From Octopus vulgaris (lineage: Eukaryota), in assembly GCA_951406725.2 (NCBI GenBank), contig OX597820.1, positions 127,968,001 to 128,032,000 of the forward strand: a stretch of DNA of 64,000 nt, given 5' to 3'. Each line of letters begins with the position of its first letter. The first letter of the stretch is position 1. The position numbers were made by a program, and so were the translations under genes. This document shows, piece after piece, positions 42,076-56,191 of this stretch. Under the pieces are notes generated by a model. It was not told where the DNA came from. It did not search any database and saw only the letters and a list, made by a program, of their open reading frames with translations.

Positions 42076-42665
42076 TATTTCTTTACTGCCCACAGGGGGC
42101 TAAACATAGAGGGGACAAACAAGGACAGACAAAGGGATTAAGTCGATTACATCGACCCCAGTGCGTAACTGGTACTTATTTAATCAACCCCGAAAGGATG
42201 AAAGGCAAAGTCGACCTCGACGGAATTTGAACTCAGAACGTAACGGCAGAGGAAATACCTATTTCTTTATTACCCACAAGGGGCTAAACACAGAGAGGAC
42301 AGACAAGGAGATTAAGTCGATTACATCGACCCCAGTGCGTAACTGGTACTTAATTTATCGACCCCGAAAGGATGAAAGGCAAAGTCGACCTCGGCGGAAT
42401 TTGAACTCAGAACGTAGCGGCAGAAGAAATACCTATTTCTTTATTATCCACAAGGGGCTAAACACAGAGCGGACAAACAAGGACAGACATAGGTATTAAG
42501 TCGATTACATCGACCCCAGTGCGTAACTGGTACTTATTTAATCGACCCCGAATGGATGAAAGGCAAAGTCGACCTCGGCGGAATTTGAACTCAGAACGTA
42601 ACGACAGACGAAATACCGCTAAGCATTTCGCCCGACGTGCTAACGATTCTGCCAGCTCGCCGCCT
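42076..42665 (-). mobile_element. Family A SINE trimer: one head plus three bodies
   Basis: Both internal junctions read gaaatacc|tatttcttt (~42259 and ~42432). Confidence 0.92.
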
Positions 42666-43234
42666 TCTATATCCATATATACATATGACTCCATCGTATT
42701 ATACCTGAACAGAGGTAGAATTTATTCAAATTTCGAAACAAAAGCGATAAACAAAAGTCGTGGCGGTAAAATACTATACTAACACTCCATCGGTTACGAC
42801 GATGAGTGTTCCAGTTGATGTAATCAACGGAACAGCCAGCTCATTCAATTAATCACAAGTGGCCGAGCACTCCGCAAACATACGTACACTTAACGTAGTT
42901 CTCAGGAAAATTCAGCGTGATACAGATGTGGGAAAGCTGGTTTTTCGAATTACAGGTACAAGTCATTTTTGTCGGCGGAATAGACTGGAGCAACGTGAAA
43001 TAAAGTGTCTTGCTTAAGGACACAATGCAGCCGGGAATCGAACTCCCGAATACCCTAACCACTAAGCCTTCAATAGTGAAAGAATAGAGCCTTACGAGGA
43101 AAATATTTTTCATGTTTCTTTTTATTGTTTACTTGTTTCAGTCATTGAACTGTGGTAATGTTGGGGCACCGCCTGGTGGATTGGGGTGGGGGAGATAGTC
43201 TTTTTAGGGGTTTTTTCAAGCCTTGTAAGTATTC

Positions 43235-43279
<45 letters not shown>

Positions 43280-43939
43280 GATGATGAATTAGCAGAAGCA
43301 TTACAGATCCGAATACAGCACCTGGCGGTATTCGTTCCAGCTCAAAGTTCAAATCACGCAGGTGTCAACTTTGCCTCTTATTCCCTAAGGATTAATAAAG
43401 TACCAATGCAGTCAGGACAGGGGCCGATTAAATCCTTCTCTCTCTCTCTCTTTCTCTCACTCACTCACTCACACTCACACACGCACACACACCACATCTC
43501 TGCTTTCTATCTGTCTGTTTTATGACCCCACCTCTCTGGTTTAGACTTCTAATTCGAAGCTCCAGCTTTGTCAAGCTGTAATATACTGATTGGCCGTAAC
43601 TATTACATTATGAATAAGCGTGACTGCGGAATGCTCAGCCGGTTGCGCGGATATTTCACTGGGAATGGATTCAATTGGTTGAATAACTGATTGTCCAACG
43701 TCAACACCAACGGAGATCTCGCTCCCAGTAACCGTTGCATTATTCCGTTTATATGGAAGATATAATATACGCGCATACATACATGCTTACGTATATATAC
43801 ATACACTCTCTTGCCCCCCTTTCTCCCATTCTCTAAGTACATAATATAATGTAATATATACATAAGTATGTATGTATGTATGTATGTATGTATGTATGTA
43901 TGTATGTATGTATGTATGTATGTATGTATGTATGTACGT

Positions 43940-44970
43940 ATGTCATTGTTCGGTTTTATTTCAAGATTTCTTACCGATAGGTTTCTTCATTCCTTCACTG
44001 GAATTTCAACATCAACAACAGAGTATTTTTGTTTGTATTTATGTATGTATATATGCAGATTTGTATGTTTTGTTTTATGTATGTATTCTCATGCATATAG
44101 TTACATGTCTAGACCTGTTCAAATATATTTAAATTATAAATTTCTGGAAAGTCTTACATATTTTTACAGTTCCAGTGATGGATTGGATCGATAGTCTTCG
44201 AATTAGCTTTCTCCTTTCTGGTTTTGAGAAGCCTAATTTATCAAGATTGGTATTTAGGCAGTGTGTCACATATACCAGGGCTCCGATAATTAAAGGTATA
44301 AACCTGAACTTGTAATCTGGATAGAGTAACTGCATATTTATCAATAGTTCAGTGTTGGTGTTCTCTTTTTCACAGATCTTCATCTTCATGTTAACATCCG
44401 CTGGGCAGCTAATTTCCACAACTATACACAGTTTCTCTTCTCTATCCCAAATCATTATATCAGATCTGTTGTGCTTACATTTTATTGAGGTCTTCACGAG
44501 GACATTCCACCAGTACTCATTTTTATTACGAGTGGCTATGGCTTCTACCATAGTGTGGGCTCTTATTTCTTTGTCTTCAGGTTTATTCTTCCGACGGATT
44601 TCATAACAGTGTGTCCTAGCTACAACACCATGTCTCATCCGTACATAATACCGTGATGACATTTTCAGACAACTGCTTATGATGTGGGTGATATCTTCGG
44701 TGTTAACTCCACAAAGTCTGCATTTGTTCTAACATTTTACTGCTTTTCCTGCATCTCTATCCCTTTTGTGCATCAGGTGCTTGGTTGATATTTCCTGTTC
44801 CTTGATTGCAAACTCATACCGTTCAAAGTGGGAGGTAGTAATCCGGCTGTTGGTCCATGATAGACTGCTTTCATGATCAATGTTACTATCATCTCGGAGC
44901 TTTCTACCAACAGATCCACCCTTAGTTTTCTGTCCAAAAAGCCTCATCATTTCATCTGATGTTACGTTGG
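43940..44970 (-). mobile_element. 5'-truncated R4/Dong-clade (RLE) LINE
   Basis: CCHC knuckle CRLCGVNTEDITHIISSC, RHGVVA, and RLE motif HNRSDIMIWDREEKLCIVVEISCP followed by PLIIGAL (ORF 44129..44662). Confidence 0.9.
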
Positions 44971-45506
44971 TATATATGTATGTATGTGCGAAGATGACCA
45001 AATTTTTAATAATAAACAATTATTCACTTCCTTATCTCCATTTTCTTTTCTTCTATTAAACTATATTAGCTGTATACTTTATATATATATACCTATTGTT
45101 TTAAGGGAATTTCATTCCCCTAAAATACTAGGTATTGAACCTGTATTTCTTTGGATGCAGCCATCCCTTCATGAGGTTAACATATCATGTAATTAAATAT
45201 ATATGTGTGTGTGTGTATGTGTTTATTATTTATAGATGCATATATATATCCATACATACATACATTTATACACGCACGTGAGAGCCTGGGTGGGTGTGAT
45301 TGCATGTGTGATGAGAGGGAGAGTGAGAGAGGGTAGCTAGATAGTTTACGTACATATTAAACGTATACACATATACATATTGCATGTGTTAATGGTATAT
45401 ATAAATATATATATATATACACATTATATACATGCATGTATGTATATGTGTGTGAGTGTGTGTGTAATATATATATATACATATAGATACACATTATATA
45501 CATAGA

Positions 45507-45732
<226 letters not shown>

Positions 45733-47593
45733 CACATAGATTGAGAGAGAGAGAGAAAGATCTATGCAAAATATATATCATTCATAAACTATGAAATTAC
45801 GCAAGTCAGTCAGAAGAAATTAGTATTTTGTTGTATGCAAATGTAATTCGCTTTCTCCTTTTTCTATGTACTTTGGCCTCAATCTTCCTGAGCGCGTTAT
45901 AAGTGCTTGGATGTTTCTATGCATGTACGAGTGCGTGGTCGTGCAATAAAGAATATGGGTCTCAGTTAGTTTCTCATGTCTTTGATATGAAATTCTCAAT
46001 GTCTAATTTTGCATGTACATACGTATGTATATATGTGTGTGTCTATGTATGTATGTATGCATGGATGGAGGGATGGATGTGTATATGTGTATATACGTGT
46101 ATATGTATGTATGTGTTTGCATGTATGCACATATGTGTGTTAATGTGCGTGTGCAAATGTATTTTACTTTTGCACTCTTATTATTTATTAAACCTCAATC
46201 GTCGTGTAATGGCGTGAAGCTTCTTCGGCGTGTTAATATAATAAGGAAAAAAAACTCCCGTGTTTCAAGGGCCTAGAAAAGCTGGAAATTATTTCAGGCA
46301 AAACGGCTTGTATCATAGAAGTACACTGCACTTAATCGCTGCAATGAACTATTTTCGATAAAATTCAGAAACACAAAAACACAAATTAAAATTGAATTTT
46401 AATATTAGAAAGATGCAGAAAACCTAGTCGAGTTGGCTTGACAGGTTTTTTTCTGATTCGTGTCAGAAAGCTGAACCTTCATCCAATCCCACCAAAACTC
46501 CACTGAACTGGAAATTGTGCCTGAATTACCTAAGTTGGATTACAGTTGCAGGATTGGGAATAAACTATATCTTTTAGATTAAGCTTCAGTTTTTGCTTAT
46601 ATGAGTAACACTGTGGGGCTAAAAGGCCGGGGAATTGATAGAATTAAATTATTTCTCCTCACCTTATTTTGAATCCGGCCAAAGTAAACACATGGTTTTA
46701 TCATACTTAGGCTGAAGTATCAGTCGGGAACTTTATAGGTTACCATGGAAATTGATGGATATTCAGGTGATACGCATGCAAAAGCAAGTTAAACTCAAAG
46801 CACAAAGTCATTGTCGTTAATGGCAGGAAGGGGTGAAAAGGAAATTAAGTTGACGTTTCGGACTGGGGTACTTTGTCCATACAAGTGAAAGGGGAAAATA
46901 GAAAAAAAAAAGAAAAGAAATCCCCCATCATGCTTAAATGATACACAAGAAGTAAAGAAGTTTCTTTTACGGCATAAGTGAGCTGGCGGTCATATTAGAA
47001 ATATGCGCCAAGAGTGTGAGAGGAAAGATTAAGAATGTTTAAAACACTTTTATGCTTATAGTAGATTTACAGTAGGTCTTTGTATATGTATTACAAGCGA
47101 GAGGAAAGAAATAAAGTATTTGTGAGGTATGTATAAGTGTGCGCAAAACGTGCAACGAATAAAGTGTGCGAGCAGTGTTGTGTGCAAGTATGTGTTTATG
47201 TATGTGTGTAGAACCACTAAAACGTTTCCAAGACACCATAGTGGTGGATACGGGTACATTGGATAGGGATTAAGTGTATAAGTTTATGGGTAGAGAAGAA
47301 GGGTATCATAGAGCGCGTGTGAGTATGTGTGAGTGTGTGTGTAAACAGGGGTGGTTGAGCATAATGAAAAGCAAGTGGGCAAGTTTTGCTAATACAGACA
47401 GATTCGTTCAAATGGGAAATCAATTACCGTTTCTGTCTTTCGCTATTTTGAAGATGATACAAATCCATCGAAGTCTTGTTTTCCGTCTTGGTCGGGGACA
47501 GAACTGATCTGTCGCTGAAACAACGCATTTGCCTCTACAGATATTAACAATCGACTTGCGTTCCTCTAAATTATCCCTTCGTCTACACAATGC

Positions 47594-47637
<44 letters not shown>

Positions 47638-48889
47638 AACTATACTTTTCCAGTCATTTCCTCACTGTAACCCCGTATACTCTATACATATACGTTTCTC
47701 AACGCCACTCGCATTCTTTACGCTTACACCATTTCATCACCATCCACACACATTTAGGCCTCACTCTATGCCGCCTTTCTCGTACTTCTTACTCCTTTTA
47801 GACACACACACATACACACACGAATACGCACACATACACACACACACACGCACGCTCAGACATACACACATACACACACACGTATATTCACAAATGTTTT
47901 TGCTTAAACATGCGCATACATAAATATGCTTCACGTATATTTCAGTTCGCTTGCATCACCATCCAGCTCTGACACGCCTCCCATCAACACTTTACTTTAT
48001 TTGTCTTTAATATACATCAACACACACTCACACACAACCTCGATCGCACACTACGCTGCGGATTCGCTCTTACATACACATGATTAAACATGATACACAC
48101 ATATATTATTTTGTTTCTCATACGTGTCCCAAACACTCATCGCACAAACATGCACACACATAACGCTGTTTCATTGCACACTTCATTTCTTTTTCCACGC
48201 ATTCACGCTTATTTCCCTTGCAATTGTTCACTCTTCTATGCTAAAAACAACATTTTTTTATTACATGTCTTCTTGTCTACCATTCAAGCATATATCTGAA
48301 TCAACTGCGCTTTTTTTTAAAATCCTTTCTTATTAATTTTTCTTTTCCTTCTTCCCTCTTCACTAAATAACACAGTTTGAAATTACGACGTACTTTTCTT
48401 TCCATTCACCCATACATTAAATGCATTGATTTTATACCCAGTGCATTGTTTTCTTATTGTTTCGTTTTGTTTTTGACTTTTTACATACGTGACTCACGTG
48501 GATATCATCACACTACAACGATGTAAACTTCACCCGGATTACTCCTAGATTTTTGTTCTAATTAAACATAACTTCTCACTAAAATACGAAGTCTTTGTAT
48601 TTGTCAAGAATCGATATTATAGTAATTGTTAGTAATTGTTAGTATGTGAGTTTGGTGGATTTTTGTGGATGCGGGTTTGTTGTGTTTTTTTTTTACTTTA
48701 CTTGTTGTTCAGTTTAGCACTGATCGAAAAAAAATTTATGATCATCTGCATTCACCCGTGACCAGCTTCTGTATCCAGCATCATCTCCACTGTGTCCACT
48801 TTTGAGACAGTCGGCTACTATTTGAAGAAGATGTGACTACTAATTCTAACTGATCGAATGACTGCGGAAAGTTCCTCTCGTTCACTTTC

Positions 48890-50790
48890 CAGTGTTGTTG
48901 TTTAGTCCCAACAGCACAAATGTGAACTTTGTGAACAACAATGGCCAAGACAAAAATAGCTCTTAATACACTTAATATCGACTAACTCACAGACACACAC
49001 AAGGTTAAAGGGAAGTCTTTAAGGAAAACAAGACAAGAAAAAACTTTGGAAAGGCGTTTCTGAACTTCTCTTTTAACTAGTGAGGAGATAGTATAAACCG
49101 ACCTTCTCTCCAACAAACATGGCTGTCCTCAGAGTTGGGTCTATAAATGTGAGCGGTCTGGAGTCAGCTTGGAAATAAGATCACTTGCTCAACTATTTAC
49201 TGTCTCAAATCACTAAACATAGATGTAATAACCACCAGTGAAACCATTTTCGATAACTGTGAGATATCCTCTTCTAGTGGTTAGTTGGGATCAAATTATG
49301 AGGTGGCAGTGTTATTCCAGAAATCCTTATATCTCGAAGTAAGGACAATTTTCTTCAATCTGGATAATGAAATGGTAGCCATAAACGTGAATGTTCCTTC
49401 TCGAGCCACGCCTGGCTCATAAGGGCCGGTTTCCCGGTCTCCTTAGCGTATAGGTTCCCCACCTGGAAGGGACACCGGTCCATCGCAGGTGAGCTGCAAG
49501 ATGCAAGAAGAAAGAGTGAGAGAAAGTTGTGGCGAAAGAGTCAGCAGAAGTTTCGCCTTTACCTTCCGCCGGAGCCACGTGAAGCTTAGGTGTTTCGCTC
49601 ATAAACACACACATTGTCCGGTCTGAGATTCGAACCCGCAATCCCTCGACCGCGAATCCGCTGCTCTAACCACTAGGCCATGTGCCTCCACAATCGTGAA
49701 TGTCAATGAAGGTGATGCATTCAGACTAGTGGTTGTGTATGCTCCGACCAGGTCTGGCGACCTGATTTCTACACACTTCTAGAAGCCTTCTAGAAACGTC
49801 TCGATCTCTATTCTAAGTGGGGAATCGTAAATGTATTTTAGACGCATGGATGGCGGGATTGCGTTGGGCTACAACATAGAAGAAAATCATGTTAAGCTTC
49901 GAAAACCAACTCAAATTTTCCAAGTTTGACGAGTACAGGTTGGATTTCCGTGATGTATTAGTGTAGCTAAGGAGCAATCATGGCAGGATATCCAAATTAT
50001 ATCTAAATAGTGTATATGTTAGGCCAGCGGATAAGACATCTACAGTTCAAACTGGTCGGTTCCACAAGCCACAAGTTTGTAATCCGCTAAGTCGATTTAG
50101 ATAGTACTCATAGACTGAAAGCTGAAGGTATTTTTACAGGGACCGAATTAGTGAATTAATTAAGCTGCAGTCGACAGTAGTAGTCATCCAATAACTGGTG
50201 GTGGGATGCGCTGAAGACGGCGATCAAAATCTATTCGGCTATTAGCTGCGATCATCATGACGATTTCCCTATCGCCTTCCTTCAGTTGCACAGTGAAGGT
50301 AATTTCCCTCCTGCCTGATGGTTAGTGTGGCAAAAGAGGTTGTGTGGTGGATGAGGCTGTAAGCTATGAGGACAGAGACTTTCTTCTTTGGTTAAGCGCT
50401 CATTGATCTTTTCAAGTTTTAGTTGAAAATGAAGATGAGTGTGAAGAGGGGGGTGCTTTCCTTGAGTGAATTTAAAGAGAATCTGGTAAAAGAGGTGGAA
50501 AGAGTACATAAGCCTTCAAGTCGGAGAATGACAGCTGGAGAGTTTTCATGCCCCTGGTGTTCAAGGGGATCTTTACATCGTCGTCATCATCATCATCATC
50601 ATTATCGTCGTCGTCTTCTTAAATAATAAATGCTATTTGTACTTATATCTCATATTTTATCAATTTTAAAAATTTTCAGTGTTGTTTATTATGTATTCTA
50701 TATTTTAAAGGTTTTTTTTTCCTCTTATCGTGCAATTTTATGTAAATCCACACAACTTATATCTTTGTCTTTGTGTAGTCTCCCATAGGT
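48890..50790 (+). mobile_element. Decayed, internally deleted L1/Tx1 LINE
   Basis: APE start RVGSINVSGL (~49130), FRLVVVYAP (~49720) and an ORF2 C-terminal segment (~50300-50520) homologous to the minus-strand copy at 52.5 kb. Confidence 0.7.
49395..49691 (-). mobile_element. SINE with family C-type head and tail variant Z, nested in the L1/Tx1 APE region
   Basis: tRNA-like head with GGTTCGAATC. 9-bp TSD cgtgaatgt at 49386-49394 and 49695-49703. Confidence 0.88.
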
Positions 50791-51129
50791 GTTTCTCTAT
50801 TTCGCAAATAAGGCTAGCAGAATCGGTAGCGCATCGGAAAAGCCAATTGTGGTATTTGTTACAAATCGAGTCAAGGTTAACTTAGCCTTTCATCCTATCA
50901 CGGTCCATAATTTTTTTTTAAATACTTCGTAGCAGTGACTCAATACTTTTTACGCACAGAGAAGGTAAAAGCGGGAAGCCCTAACGGACCGAGGGTGAGA
51001 AGCAAAACGTTACAGAGAGGAGGTCGTTTACTTCGACCACCGAGCATGTGCCGTTATGCTTTACAGCAATCCAGCACCTGAAGACGGATCCATACCCGTC
51101 CGATTTCAGATAAGCTTCCTGATCCTAGG

Positions 51130-52190
51130 CTCTGCGTTTGAGTTAAGGGCCAAAAATTGAATACTACGTCTCCTTTGTCAACGTCCCTTTTCAGCAGATT
51201 TACTACTCCACACAATAAAAATTCTCTCATTCTGCTACCAGCTGCGGCAAACGTTCACCAACAGGTCGCCAAACAAGTTAGGAATGAACTCGTAGAATTT
51301 GTTGGGCAGACAATTCAAACAAGGCTGTTTGCGCCTTGTGCAAACGTTCATTGCCTCCCGTATTTCAAAAGCTCTTATCGGCATTTCATAAAGCTTCGCA
51401 TTTTCTATCGAGGATTGCAACAGATCATCAGGCTATATAGTCCACTACTGTCTCTCACACATTGTCTATCCCTAGCCGTCGAGTGAAGTGCTGCTGGAAG
51501 CTGTACAAGTCTGCTCGGAACCGAGTAGCACATGCTCGTTTTAATCCGTCAAAAATTTGATTGTGGATTTGGGGTCATGTCGCACCTCCGACACACAAGC
51601 CCATCGACCGACTTTCGTTCCCTAGTCTTTAAGCCCACAAGCCTTAGTTCTGACAAAGTACCTTTCGTGTTTGACGTTGAAGAAATGTCCAAGGGTCATT
51701 CTCACCGTCAGTACGTCGGTCGCGATGCCTTTACTAATAGCCTCTTTTAGATTGTTAACTAGGTCTACAATCTATTTCTATCTACTACTAGCTCTTTATT
51801 AAACGCTATCGGTTCTGCTCTTCAGATCACCCAAACAATCTGCCGTTGATGATTTCGCTTAGTTTCACTAATCTGGCACTTGTAGATTTTGCGCTCCGGT
51901 AAGACTTTAACTTCCAGAACCACCAACTTACCGTCCAAGACGACCGCCAAAACTTTGCGATCTAAGGATTACTAGAATAACACAGTCACCCTCCAACTGA
52001 TCCCGATAAACCTCGAGATAAAAATATCTCAAAGCCGTTCAAAAAGAAGGCGTGTACGTGCCCATGTCCCATTGATGGCTACCACATCTATGTGAAGGAA
52101 CTTGATGTGGTTGAGCTTGCTTCCAAGCTGATTTCAGACCGCGCACATTTATACATCCATGTGTGTCAGCCATGTTTGTCGGAGGGAAAA
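51130..52190 (-). pseudogene. Decayed L1/Tx1 ORF2 5' part (APE to RT start)
   Basis: GCINVRGL at ~52135-52160 and LNCLPNKFYEFIPNLFGDLLVNVCRSW (ORF 51235..51420). Confidence 0.75.
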
Positions 52191-52299
52191 CAGAAATGGC
52201 AGTGGAGGTCGTTTAATTCAGCCTCTTTGTTGGTGTATGAAGAATAAGTGAAAGACCTTTCTGAGTTTCGTTCGTCCTGTTTTAACATAAAACCTCAAT

Positions 52300-53990
52300 G
52301 TCTGCATGATATTCTTAATATTGTTGTATGTAATCGCGATTGTTTGACTTAACAGACTGCCATGGGGAGGATGGCGTTTACGAGAGTTCGTCAAGTCTCT
52401 TTCGTGACTTTGTTTTTGTTTTCTTTGACCACCTGCATTTGATCACAATTTCTTTTTCAAACTACAATGACGCTGAATAAGTCCATTCTTCCTAAGCATT
52501 TTTCCATTGTCCCGCACCACTTTATAAATTCACTGAGAGAGGGCACTTCTCACTTCCTCTTGACTTCACAAGTGGAACTTAACAAAGTCAGTGAGGGCTT
52601 GATCAAAGAGAAAGGTGTCTTTCCACAATCCTTTCAGCCTCGTCCAACACACAACCTTGTTCATTATACCGACTAGACAGAGGAACAATGCCTGCTCTAT
52701 CTTATTAAAGGTGGGTGGGAAGACAATTCTCACGTGTATTCAGCTGATAGTCGGATTCACCTTATACACGACAAAAACAATTCGATATAATTCCACGAGT
52801 CAGCTATGCTCGGACACTGCAAGAGTTTGTGCAGTTTTGTCCCTCTGCGCGTATCTCGAGCAATCCCGCCTGGCGGTGCTTCCGTACCTGTACAGTTTAT
52901 TTCAAACCAGCAGTGTTTCTCGGTCGCGATACCACGCTAGGGATAGACAGGAACTGCAGAAAGATGTGTCTTAGAAACGGAGCCAACATCGGCTCACCGT
53001 CCCGAAAAATCTGCAGGCAGCGAAGCTTCAATGCAAATCTATGCATCAGCAGCCACAGCATGTCAAACCCGGATTACAACAAATGGACTGCCTGAAAGTG
53101 TCCTTTCCATTAGAAGCATGAAAGTAGACGCTCTAGTCTGAGAAAAATTGAACTAAGGCAAAGCACAACGGTCAGGTGATAAGTTACGGACGCGATGTAG
53201 ACATTCGTAACCTCTGCTCTATCTTTCATGAACAGTTTCCTCTCAGTCCATTTCTAAGTGAAACTGACCACTCTTCTGTAACCTTCAGTGGCATCTGACA
53301 ACATTACGGTGAGGTAATCTGCATACGTCGACAGAGCTCTCCTGCATCGTTGCTCGAAAGGAATTCCCTCGAGACTACTAACTTTCGCAGTACTTATTGG
53401 AAAGATGCGAGGGAAGACTTCTGTGAGATCAAGCACACGATATAAAACGGTTCCGAGTAGTCTCCATTTACTTTGACTACCGAGAAGGGATTCCGGGCAT
53501 TGCTGTGACCCAGCCATTGAAAACGGATCCGAAACCAGCTGCTTTTAGGATTACTGCCAAGTAGTGATGTTCGACTCTATCGAAGGCTTTTGACTATTCC
53601 AAATTTATTAGGGTCCCACGAGCACAAGATTTATTAGCTAATCCCTCTATGACATGTGGAGGTTATCGTAGATGGTCTATTGGAGGTTGCATACGTTTGT
53701 GTTTCTCCAACCAAGCTTCCTACGATAATCGCCTACCACTCTGCAAACAATTTGCCCAAAATTTTAAACTCTGCATTTAGCAGGGTTATGAGCCGGTAAT
53801 TATCTATAATATCCCTCACAGGCGTCCTTTCTGAGCAGCGTTAACACGCACCGGCTCACTGAACTGGTAATTCTCTCGTTTTGCTGCCAGTTGCGACAGA
53901 CGTTTACCAAACAGACTTGGCATATAACCCATAGGGTAGACCATCCAAACCGGATGATTTGTCCCTTGTGCAACCACACAGCTTTCTCAA
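52300..53990 (-). pseudogene. Decayed L1/Tx1 ORF2 3' part (RT and C-terminal Zn-finger region)
   Basis: SSGLDGLPY (~53930-53955), YRLITLLNAEFKIL (~53760-53800), SKAFDRV (~53575-53595) and YADYLTV (YADD box, ORF 53254..53517). Confidence 0.8.
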
Positions 53991-54575
53991 AAGATAATAA
54001 ATAAAAACACGCATACAAGACATACATAAAAAATGTAACACTCATTTTCGACCACTTAATGAAGTAAGGCATTTAAAATTTAATGTGCAGAAAAAATCGC
54101 TAACAAAGAATTCGAACTAAAGGCCTAAGAAGTATTGATGAATCCAGTTGAACAGTTATGCTTCTATAGTCTTTATTACGTGCATTTTTTTTCTCGTTTA
54201 ACATTGACAAAAGGAAGGCAAGATTTGGCCCCGCTGGAAATTGCGCCTATAAATTGTGGACAGTAAAGTAGACATCACTAATCTATCAAATGAGATAAGA
54301 GAACAGCTGTAGCACTAACACTGCCTCTCGGGGTTATTTGTTTATGAAATTCTGATTTATTTGTAGTTATTTATTACATAAAATCACTAACTTTTTTTTA
54401 TCGTTCTAAACGATACAAAGACTAGAGATCAATAATTCATAAGTGAAAAGAGAAAATGATAAATGATTACAAAGATATTGAGAGCAAAAACTAGAAACAA
54501 AAGGAGAGGAGAGAGAGCAACTAGCTTATATTATCACATACATTCAAGCATGCATGTAAGCATGCATGATCACAT

Positions 54576-54618
<43 letters not shown>

Positions 54619-55236
54619 CACAAATATATATATATATATGTATGTATGCATACATATACACACACACATACATACATACATATGCATACACATGTATGTA
54701 TATATATGTACGTTTATATGTAATATGTATATAAGTGATGACAGACAGCACAAGAAAGTGTGAAGGGAAATGATGCAAATGATTAATCAACAAAAATAAA
54801 TAAATTTATAAATTATTTTATACCCACTTCCACGTGTACACACACACACATAAATGTATGTATGTATGTATGCATGTATCCACAAACACACGCGAGCGCG
54901 CACGCACACACACACAAACACACACACACACACAAACACACATACACACACACACAAAGGTGATGATAGTCAAAAGGTTTGCAGAAATACGATTGGAATT
55001 ATAACTACAATGATATATTTTTAGGCTCTAAAGAGTCATTTGGGCGGACGTGCATTTAAGTATATTGTACAGATACCTCTACATAATTATACATACATAA
55101 ATGTATATATAGACACACACAAATATACATACATTTATATGCATGCATATATACATATAAGCATATCAATATTATATATATACATTTATACATGCATAAA
55201 TATACATGCATACATACACATATATATATATATATG

Positions 55237-55325
<89 letters not shown>

Positions 55326-55566
55326 TGCATACATATATTTTAATGCATATCATTATATAGTAATGATAGGACTTTGTTTTTAACATTTCACACTTGATGC
55401 TGCCTCTGTATCTGAGAATGATTGATGCAACGATCACACTGAATATATAGAAAAAAGAACTAAACATGAAATATAAAACAAAGAAAGCAAAAATAAAATA
55501 AATACAATGAACTCCTGTTTTCATTAATTTTGTATCGATTGATCAATAAACTTTCGTAAATATATG

Positions 55567-55623
<57 letters not shown>

Positions 55624-55790
55624 GGGGTGTGTACATAAGAGCCATCGACTAAAATTTCTTCATGGTGGTGCACCAGCATGGTCGCAGTCTAATACCTAAA
55701 ACAAGTGAAAGATAAAAGATAAAAGATACAAGAATAACGACATATGTATACATGTATCATATGTGCGAATGTGTGTGTGTGTGTATACAC

Positions 55791-55846
<56 letters not shown>

Positions 55847-55848
55847 AA

Positions 55849-55890
<42 letters not shown>

Positions 55891-55892
<2 letters not shown>

Positions 55893-56191
55893 AGGCGCAA
55901 TGGCCCAGTGGTTAGGACAGCGGACTGGCGGTCATAGGATCGTGGTTTCGATTCCCAGATCGGGCATTGTGAGAGTTTATTGAGCGAAAACACCTAAAGC
56001 GCCACCCGAATTCGGCAGGGGGTGGTGGCGAACTCTGCTGTACTCTTTCGCCAAAACTTTCTCTCACTCTTTCTTCTGTTGGCCTGCTCGCTTAGCCAGC
56101 GGGGTGGCGTCATTTGAAGGCTAAAACTATGCGAAGCGCATTGTGACCAGCGATGTGTAGCAACATCTGATAACCTGGTCGGTCACGGTGA
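55891..56191 (+). mobile_element. SINE family C (tail variant Y), full length
   Basis: GGAGGCGCAATGGCCCAGTGGTTAGG head with A/B boxes. Confidence 0.9.

Noticed and set aside
42076-42665. Regularly spaced repeats resembling a CRISPR array
   Set aside because: Whole ~175-bp units are homologous with no unique spacers, there are no cas genes, and the context is eukaryotic SINE.
46460-46585. Possible terminal exon after an AG acceptor, plus a ccaatcc/ggattgg hairpin
   Set aside because: Peptides are unrecognisable, there are no partner exons, and pairing beyond 7 bp is poor.
47395-47515. Short open frame (..VFRYFEDDTNPSKSCF..) and small gacaga/tctgtc hairpins
   Set aside because: Too short, weak acceptor, and compatible with chance.
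55891-55965. tRNA-like sequences with A/B boxes (also 25543, 29411, 40360, 49620-49690)
   Set aside because: No complete cloverleaf; each continues into a shared SINE body, so these are SINE heads rather than tRNA genes.
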